DNA of 64,000 nucleotides from NCBI RefSeq assembly GCF_011045215.1, contig NZ_CP049201.1. One strand, written 5' to 3'. This document shows, piece after piece, positions 55,763 to 64,000 of this stretch. Both the position numbers and the translations under genes were made by a program. Every line of letters starts with the position of its first letter. Position 1 is the first letter of the stretch. A model generated the notes under the pieces. That model was not told the DNA's origin. It worked only from the letters and a program-made list of their open reading frames with translations, and did not search any database. This DNA is from Escherichia coli. GTDB lineage: Bacteria; Pseudomonadota; Gammaproteobacteria; Enterobacterales; Enterobacteriaceae.

Positions 55763-55991
55763 AATCAGGATGAGCTCCTTTTGACCAATCCCAGGAAAAT
55801 TGTGCGTATTTTACCGGGTAATTGCGCAATGGACAGTTAGGATATGTTCGAAAAAACAGCAAAAAGCACGATTTCATCTATCTTTGTGCTGTGAAAGTTA
55901 ATAGTGCACTTGCACTTGAGGTAATCGGCAAATACTCTTAGTGAGTAAATGTTTGCCGTGGTGGCAAGGTGTTAGAACAACAGAGAATATA

Positions 55992-56990
55992 ATGATGCAG
56001 GATTTGCGTCTGATATTAATCATTGTTGGCGCGATCGCCATAATCGCTTTACTGGTACATGGTTTCTGGACCAGCCGTAAAGAACGATCTTCTATGTTCC
56101 GCGATCGGCCATTAAAACGAATGAAGTCAAAACGTGACGACGATTCTTATGACGAGGATGTCGAAGATGATGAGGGCGTTGGTGAGGTTCGTGTTCACCG
56201 CGTGAATCATGCCCCGGCTAACGCCCAGGAGCATGAGGCTGCTCGTCCGTCGCCGCAACACCAGTACCAACCGCCTTATGCGTCTGCGCAGCCGCGTCAA
56301 CCGGTCCAGCAGCCGCCTGAAGCGCAGGTACCGCCGCAACATGCTCCGCGTCCAGCGCAGCCGGTGCAGCAACCCGTGCTGCAGCCTGCCTATCAGCCGC
56401 AGCCTGAACAGCCGTTGCAGCAGCCAGTTTCGCCACAGGTCGCGCCAGCGCCGCAGCCAGTGCATTCAGCACCGCAACCGGCACAACAGGCTTTCCAGCC
56501 TGCAGAACCCGTAGCGGCACCACAGCCTGAGCCTGTAGCGGAACCGGCTCCAGTCATGGATAAACCGAAGCGCAAAGAAGCGGTGATTATCATGAACGTC
56601 GCGGCGCATCACGGTAGCGAGCTAAACGGTGAACTGCTTCTTAACAGCATTCAACAAGCGGGCTTCATTTTTGGCGATATGAATATTTACCATCGTCATC
56701 TTAGCCCGGATGGCAGCGGCCCGGCGTTATTCAGCCTGGCGAATATGGTGAAACCGGGAACCTTTGATCCTGAAATGAAGGATTTCACTACTCCGGGTGT
56801 CACTATCTTTATGCAGGTACCGTCTTACGGTGACGAGCTGCAGAACTTCAAGCTGATGCTGCAATCTGCGCAGCATATTGCCGATGAAGTGGGCGGTGTC
56901 GTGCTTGACGATCAGCGCCGTATGATGACTCCGCAGAAATTGCGCGAGTATCAGGACATCATCCGCGAAGTTAAAGACGCCAACGCCTGA
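55992..56990 (+). CDS. zipA: Cell division protein ZipA
   Basis: Product from ATG at 55992 ([26 protein letters not shown]...) with N-terminal TM helix, Pro/Gln-rich linker and C-terminal FtsZ-binding domain. Confidence 0.85.
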   Translation: MMQDLRLILIIVGAIAIIALLVHGFWTSRKERSSMFRDRPLKRMKSKRDDDSYDEDVEDDEGVGEVRVHRVNHAPANAQEHEAARPSPQHQYQPPYASAQPRQPVQQPPEAQVPPQHAPRPAQPVQQPVLQPAYQPQPEQPLQQPVSPQVAPAPQPVHSAPQPAQQAFQPAEPVAAPQPEPVAEPAPVMDKPKRKEAVIIMNVAAHHGSELNGELLLNSIQQAGFIFGDMNIYHRHLSPDGSGPALFSLANMVKPGTFDPEMKDFTTPGVTIFMQVPSYGDELQNFKLMLQSAQHIADEVGGVVLDDQRRMMTPQKLREYQDIIREVKDANA

Positions 56991-57021
56991 TACACTTAAG
57001 GCAAATTAACTCCTCTTCGAA

Positions 57022-57043
57022 CCCCCGCTTGTCGGGGGTTTTT
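57022..57043 (+). terminator. Intrinsic terminator-like hairpin between zipA and ligA
   Basis: CCCCCG-cttgt-CGGGGG followed by TTTTT, 18 nt before ligA ATG. Confidence 0.5.
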
Positions 57044-57051
57044 AGCATTGA

Positions 57052-59076
<2,025 letters not shown>

Positions 59077-59077
59077 G

Positions 59078-59296
59078 ATGGAAAAAGAGCAGCTGATTGA
59101 AATAGCCAATACGATAATGCCGTTTGGCAAATACAAAGGGCGTCGCTTAATCGACCTGCCGGAGGAGTATCTGCTGTGGTTTGCCCGCAAAGATGAGTTC
59201 CCGGTAGGGAAGCTCGGTGAGCTAATGCAAATCACGCTGCTGATTAAAACCGAGGGGCTGACGCAACTGGTCCAGCCCCTGAAGCGTCCGCTTTAA
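59078..59296 (+). CDS. ypeB: Small protein YpeB (DUF3820)
   Basis: 72-aa product from ATG 1 nt after ligA stop (MEKEQLIEIANTIMPFGKYKGRRLIDLPEEYLLWF...). Confidence 0.7.
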   Translation: MEKEQLIEIANTIMPFGKYKGRRLIDLPEEYLLWFARKDEFPVGKLGELMQITLLIKTEGLTQLVQPLKRPL

Positions 59297-60291
59297 GCTT
59301 TATCGGTGCTGCTTTCCTGCTGCGCCTGTAACTGTTCGGTCTGGCGTTTGTATCGACGCGCCAGCACCGCACAGACCATCAATTGGATCTGATGGAAAAT
59401 CATCAGGGGCAGCACCATCATACCGATCACCGATGTGGGGAACAGAATGTTTGCCATCGGGATGCCATTTGCCAGACTCTTTTTCGAACCACAAAAGACG
59501 ATAGTAATTTCATCTGCCTTATTGAAGCCCAGTCGGCGTGCCATAAAGACGTTAACTACAATCACGATAGCCAGAAGAACGCAGCTGACCACCACGATAA
59601 ACAGCAATGATCCCCAGCCAACTTTATGCCAGATACCATTAACGACGGCTTCGCTGAACGCTGTATAAACCACCAACAGAATGGACGTCTGGTCAGTTTT
59701 CGCAATCCATTTTTTATTGCGCGACACCCAGTCACCAATCCACGGCCGGGAAAGATGCCCCAACACAAACGGCAGCAGCAGTTGCAGCATAATTTTACCG
59801 ACCTGCTCAAGGCTGCCCCCTGCACCGTGAACATTCATCACCAGACCAACCAGCAATGGTGAAAGGAAAATCCCCAGCAGGCTGGATGCTGACGCAGAAC
59901 AAACCGCCGCCGCGACGTTACCGCCCGCCATTGACGTGAAGGCGATTGCAGACTGCACGGTAGCCGGGAGAATGCACAAGTAGAGAAAACCGGAGTAGAG
60001 CATCGGGTCGACATTTACCGGTTTCCACCAGGCAAACAGTACACCCAGAATCGGAAACAGCACGAAGGTGCTGCACATTACCCACAAATGCAGTCGCCAG
60101 TGACCACCGCCAGCAATAATCGCCTCACGCGACAACTTCGCGCCGTGCATAAAGAACAGCAGGGCAATAGCTGCGGTGGTCAGATTTTCAAAGAAGGGGA
60201 CGAAATCGCCTCTGGCCGGAAAGAAAGAGGCCAGCAACACCACCGTGATCAGGGTTAAGGTGAAAGGATCGAGGATACGAAAAAGTTTCAT
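59293..60291 (-). CDS. yfeH: Bile acid:sodium symporter-family membrane transporter
   Basis: 332-aa multi-pass membrane ORF; divergent from yfeR. Confidence 0.8.
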   Translation of the reverse strand: MKLFRILDPFTLTLITVVLLASFFPARGDFVPFFENLTTAAIALLFFMHGAKLSREAIIAGGGHWRLHLWVMCSTFVLFPILGVLFAWWKPVNVDPMLYSGFLYLCILPATVQSAIAFTSMAGGNVAAAVCSASASSLLGIFLSPLLVGLVMNVHGAGGSLEQVGKIMLQLLLPFVLGHLSRPWIGDWVSRNKKWIAKTDQTSILLVVYTAFSEAVVNGIWHKVGWGSLLFIVVVSCVLLAIVIVVNVFMARRLGFNKADEITIVFCGSKKSLANGIPMANILFPTSVIGMMVLPLMIFHQIQLMVCAVLARRYKRQTEQLQAQQESSTDKA

Positions 60292-60380
60292 AAAGACTCC
60301 AGATGATCGATGGTTCTATTGTGCTTCTTCCAGTTTGAGAAATAAAATTGATTTATTGCATCCATTCATGAAGAAAACAG

Positions 60381-61307
60381 ATGAATTATTCTTTAAAACA
60401 ATTAAAGGTTTTCGTCACAGTAGCGCAGGAGAAAAGTTTTAGTCGTGCAGGAGAGCGTATCGGCCTGAGCCAGTCGGCAGTAAGTCACAGTGTGAAGGAG
60501 CTGGAAAATCATACTGGTGTTCGCCTGCTGGACAGAACCACGCGTGAAGTGGTGCTTACAGATGCAGGGCAGCAGTTGGCTTTGCGTCTTGAGCGACTGC
60601 TGGATGAACTTAACAGCACGTTGCGCGATACCGGGCGTATGGGGCAACAACTGAGCGGAAAAGTTCGGGTCGCTGCCAGCCAGACCATTTCCGCGCATCT
60701 TATTCCGCAATGCATTGCTGAAAGCCATCGCCGCTATCCAGATATTCAGTTTGTCCTGCACGATCGTCCGCAGCAGTGGGTGATGGAAAGTATTCGCCAG
60801 GGAGATGTCGACTTTGGCATCGTCATCGATCCAGGCCCAGTGGGCGATCTGCAATGTGAAGCGATTCTTTCCGAGCCTTTCTTTCTGCTTTGCCATCGTG
60901 ATAGCGCTTTGGCCGTGGAAGATTATGTACCCTGGCAGGCATTACAGGGAGCGAAATTGGTGTTGCAGGATTACGCGTCAGGCAGCCGACCGCTGATTGA
61001 CGCAGCGCTGGCGCGCAATGGTATTCAGGCGAATATTGTGCAGGAGATTGGACATCCGGCGACGCTGTTCCCGATGGTAGCCGCAGGCATCGGCATCAGT
61101 ATTCTTCCCGCACTGGCGCTACCATTGCCTGAAGGTAGCCCACTGGTGGTAAAGCGCATTACGCCGGTTGTTGAACGCCAGTTGATGCTGGTGCGCAGGA
61201 AGAACCGTTCACTTTCCACCGCCGCTGAAGCGTTATGGGACGTGGTACGAGACCAGGGCAATGCGCTAATGGCTGGTCGGGAAGGGGATCCGTTGTATCA
61301 GATATAG
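60381..61307 (+). CDS. yfeR: LysR-family transcriptional regulator
   Basis: 308-aa ORF with N-terminal LysR HTH ([38 protein letters not shown]) and substrate-binding domain. Confidence 0.8.
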
Positions 61308-61639
61308 ATATCGATATGAGTCGTATTTTCAACAGGATTTAGAAGGGATACATTCAGAGACAAACGCTGCTCTTTCTCCTGCGCCTTTTCTGCCTGCTGT
61401 CTCTGCAACTGCGCCAGTTGTGTTTCCAGTAGGGTGATTTGCTGTTGAATCAATTCGGCCTGTTTTTGTTTGTCTTCAGCACTGCCGCCAGTGTCTACAA
61501 TCTCTTTAATTTGTTGAGTGAGTTTGATGATTTGCTGACTTATCCGCGCGATTTGTGAAGCAACATCGCTACCTTGTGATGCCCTGTTACTACTCTGTGT
61601 TTGTATGGAAGGAATTGAAGTTGAAGAGATAGTGGCCAT
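61298..61639 (-). CDS. FlxA-like coiled-coil protein (113 aa)
   Basis: Ser/Gln-rich N-terminus followed by Q/L-rich coiled coil ([25 protein letters not shown]), resembling FlxA-family proteins; overlaps yfeR stop by 10 nt; family call is from memory. Confidence 0.45.
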
Positions 61640-61715
61640 TGTTCAGTCCTCGTCACTGTACGAGGTAATATCGGTAGAAGAACAAGGAACTTGAGAAGAA
61701 AAATCAATCTTACAG

Positions 61716-61775
61716 ATCGCAGATAGCAAAAAAGCGCCTTTAGGGCGCTTTTTTACATTGGTGGGTCGTGCAGGA
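61716..61775. repeat. Duplicated copy of the lysV 3-prime end plus its terminator (60-bp direct repeat; second copy at 61872-61931 is the native one)
   Basis: atcgcagatagcaaaaaagcgcctttagggcgcttttttacattggtgggtcgtgcagga occurs twice 156 bp apart; the last 17 nt are the tRNA-Lys acceptor/T-arm end. Confidence 0.75.
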
Positions 61776-61914
61776 TGACTCGCTTCGCTCGCCCTTCGGG
61801 CCGTCGCCGCGAGCGGCTCCGTTGTTTCGCTACGCTCAACTCAAACCTGCTGCAGGTTCGAATCTTTGAGTATCGCAGATAGCAAAAAAGCGCCTTTAGG
61901 GCGCTTTTTTACAT

Positions 61915-61990
61915 TGGTGGGTCGTGCAGGATTCGAACCTGCGACCAATTGATTAAAAGTCAACTGCTCTACCAACTGAGCTAACGACCC
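61915..61990 (-). tRNA. lysV: tRNA-Lys (anticodon UUU)
   Basis: Reverse complement gives GGGTCGTTAGCTCAGTTGGTAGAGCAGTTGACTTTTAATCAATTGGTCGCAGGTTCGAATCCTGCACGACCCACCA, 76 nt with CCA; last gene of val-val-val-lys tRNA operon. Confidence 0.9.
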
Positions 61991-61994
61991 GAAG

Positions 61995-62070
61995 TGGTGG
62001 GTGATGACGGGATCGAACCGCCGACCCCCTCCTTGTAAGGGAGGTGCTCTCCCAGCTGAGCTAATCACCC
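61995..62070 (-). tRNA. valY: tRNA-Val (anticodon UAC)
   Basis: Reverse complement gives GGGTGATTAGCTCAGCTGGGAGAGCACCTCCCTTACAAGGAGGGGGTCGGCGGTTCGATCCCGTCATCACCCACCA; third of three identical copies in transcription order. Confidence 0.85.
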
Positions 62071-62116
62071 ACTTCGGTATTTCACATTTTTACAAGAAAT
62101 TTAGCTGGTGAGAAAG

Positions 62117-62192
62117 TGGTGGGTGATGACGGGATCGAACCGCCGACCCCCTCCTTGTAAGGGAGGTGCTCTCCCAGCTGAGCTAATCACCC
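62117..62192 (-). tRNA. valX: tRNA-Val (anticodon UAC)
   Basis: Identical 76-nt tRNA-Val sequence; middle copy. Confidence 0.85.
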
Positions 62193-62238
62193 ACTTCGGT
62201 ATTTCACATTTTTACAAGAAATTTAGCTGGTGAGAAAG

Positions 62239-62314
62239 TGGTGGGTGATGACGGGATCGAACCGCCGACCCCCTCCTTGTAAGGGAGGTGCTCTCCCAGC
62301 TGAGCTAATCACCC
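62239..62314 (-). tRNA. valU: tRNA-Val (anticodon UAC)
   Basis: Identical 76-nt tRNA-Val sequence; promoter-proximal copy, divergent from gltX. Confidence 0.85.
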
Positions 62315-62572
62315 CCGCTGTGTGGAGTCGCATTATAGGGAGAGTTCAAAATGAGTCAACGCATTTTCTAAAGAAATTGTTCGTTCGTCGTAAATTTAAG
62401 CAAGATGATCGCAAAACAGACCGTGTTGCGCAATTTGTCAACGAAAACAATAATGCGTAAGGTTGCAACCCGAACTACATTGAGGAATCAGGCGGGAGTG
62501 ATAGAATATCGCCCACTCAATTTTTCCAGGATTTGCCGGTTGTCGGCATCTTTCTAAACGTAAGGCCATTTC

Positions 62573-63988
62573 ATGAAAATCAAAACTCGCTTCGCGCCAA
62601 GCCCAACAGGCTATCTGCACGTTGGCGGCGCGCGTACTGCTCTTTACTCCTGGCTTTTTGCACGTAACCACGGCGGTGAGTTCGTGCTGCGTATTGAAGA
62701 CACCGATCTTGAGCGTTCCACGCCGGAAGCTATCGAAGCCATTATGGATGGCATGAACTGGCTGAGCCTGGAGTGGGATGAAGGTCCGTACTACCAGACC
62801 AAACGTTTTGATCGCTACAACGCGGTGATCGATCAGATGCTGGAAGAGGGCACAGCTTATAAATGTTATTGCTCTAAAGAGCGCCTGGAAGCGCTGCGCG
62901 AAGAGCAAATGGCGAAAGGTGAGAAGCCGCGTTATGACGGTCGCTGCCGCCACAGTCATGAGCATCACGCTGATGATGAGCCGTGTGTCGTACGTTTTGC
63001 TAACCCGCAGGAAGGTTCTGTTGTTTTTGACGATCAGATCCGTGGTCCGATCGAGTTCAGCAACCAGGAACTGGACGATCTTATTATCCGCCGTACCGAT
63101 GGTTCCCCAACCTATAACTTCTGTGTGGTTGTCGATGACTGGGATATGGAAATCACCCACGTTATCCGTGGCGAAGACCATATCAACAACACGCCACGCC
63201 AGATCAACATTCTTAAAGCCCTGAAAGCGCCGGTACCGGTTTACGCGCACGTTTCTATGATCAACGGCGATGACGGCAAAAAACTGTCCAAACGTCACGG
63301 GGCAGTCAGCGTAATGCAGTATCGTGATGACGGTTATTTGCCAGAAGCACTGCTGAACTATCTGGTGCGTCTGGGCTGGTCCCACGGCGATCAGGAAATC
63401 TTCACTCGTGAAGAGATGATCAAATACTTCACTTTGAATGCCGTCAGCAAATCTGCCAGTGCGTTCAACACCGACAAGCTGCTGTGGCTGAACCATCACT
63501 ACATTAACGCGCTGCCGCCGGAGTATGTTGCTACTCACTTACAGTGGCACATTGAGCAGGAAAATATCGATACCCGTAACGGCCCGCAGCTGGCTGATCT
63601 GGTGAAACTGCTGGGCGAACGCTGCAAGACGCTGAAAGAGATGGCACAGAGCTGCCGTTATTTCTACGAAGATTTTGCTGAGTTCGATGCCGACGCCGCG
63701 AAAAAACATCTGCGTCCGGTAGCGCGTCAGCCGCTGGAAGTGGTTCGTGACAAACTGGCCGCGATTACTGACTGGACCGCTGAAAACGTTCATCACGCTA
63801 TTCAGGCGACGGCGGATGAGCTGGAAGTGGGTATGGGTAAAGTTGGTATGCCGCTGCGTGTCGCCGTAACCGGTGCGGGGCAGTCTCCAGCACTGGATGT
63901 TACCGTTCACGCGATCGGTAAGACACGTAGCATTGAGCGTATCAACAAAGCGCTGGCCTTTATTGCTGAACGCGAAAACCAGCAGTAA
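62573..63988 (+). CDS. gltX: Glutamyl-tRNA synthetase
   Basis: 471-aa [52 protein letters not shown]... with HVGG (HIGH) and KLSKR (KMSKS) class I motifs. Confidence 0.95.
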   Translation: MKIKTRFAPSPTGYLHVGGARTALYSWLFARNHGGEFVLRIEDTDLERSTPEAIEAIMDGMNWLSLEWDEGPYYQTKRFDRYNAVIDQMLEEGTAYKCYCSKERLEALREEQMAKGEKPRYDGRCRHSHEHHADDEPCVVRFANPQEGSVVFDDQIRGPIEFSNQELDDLIIRRTDGSPTYNFCVVVDDWDMEITHVIRGEDHINNTPRQINILKALKAPVPVYAHVSMINGDDGKKLSKRHGAVSVMQYRDDGYLPEALLNYLVRLGWSHGDQEIFTREEMIKYFTLNAVSKSASAFNTDKLLWLNHHYINALPPEYVATHLQWHIEQENIDTRNGPQLADLVKLLGERCKTLKEMAQSCRYFYEDFAEFDADAAKKHLRPVARQPLEVVRDKLAAITDWTAENVHHAIQATADELEVGMGKVGMPLRVAVTGAGQSPALDVTVHAIGKTRSIERINKALAFIAERENQQ

Positions 63989-64000
63989 TTAGCGTGTAAA

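Noticed and set aside
56200-56560. Repetitive Pro/Gln-rich DNA in zipA
   Set aside because: This encodes the known low-complexity P/Q linker of ZipA; a coding feature, not a repeat element.
61841-62460. Track ORFs (75 aa minus strand, 76 aa plus strand) overlapping the tRNA genes
   Set aside because: They coincide with four canonical tRNA sequences and are artefacts of ORF calling across structured RNA genes.
62438-63538. 366-aa minus-strand ORF antisense to gltX
   Set aside because: Entirely overlapped by the strongly supported gltX coding sequence on the other strand; a shadow ORF with no RBS or domain evidence.

Overview
This window is an Escherichia coli-type chromosomal segment, reverse-complemented relative to the usual K-12 map. 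Gene order is aegA, nudK, ypfG, tktB, talA, maeB, the 17-gene eut ethanolamine-utilisation microcompartment operon, hemF, amiA, ypeA, yfeZ, yfeY, yfeX, yfeW, murP, murQ, murR, ucpA, cysPUWAM, yfeK, pdxK, crr, ptsI, ptsH, cysK, cysZ, zipA, ligA, ypeB, yfeH, yfeR, a valU-valX-valY-lysV tRNA operon and gltX. All gene identities are from the translated ORFs and recalled E. coli knowledge; no database search was run. The eut operon is split between eutA and eutB by a ~9.7 kb integrase-bearing element (about 20080-29780, CPZ-55-like). It carries two AlpA-type regulators, an HNH endonuclease operon, small proteins with repeated acidic YF motifs, a terminase-small-subunit-like HTH protein preceded by an 11-bp tandem array, and no recognisable replication or capsid genes. 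The best candidate for an undescribed system is a two-gene plus-strand cassette beside the integrase (27038-27887): a 171-aa protein with YafO-toxin-like motifs, translationally coupled to an unrecognised basic 115-aa partner. A second accessory spot lies at the lysV end of the tRNA operon, where a 60-bp copy of the lysV 3-prime end plus terminator is duplicated next to a FlxA-like gene, which looks like an integration or excision scar. Gene starts were refined to internal ATG/GTG codons where the track ORF was over-extended. Several coordinates for non-coding features are hand-counted and could be off by a base or two.
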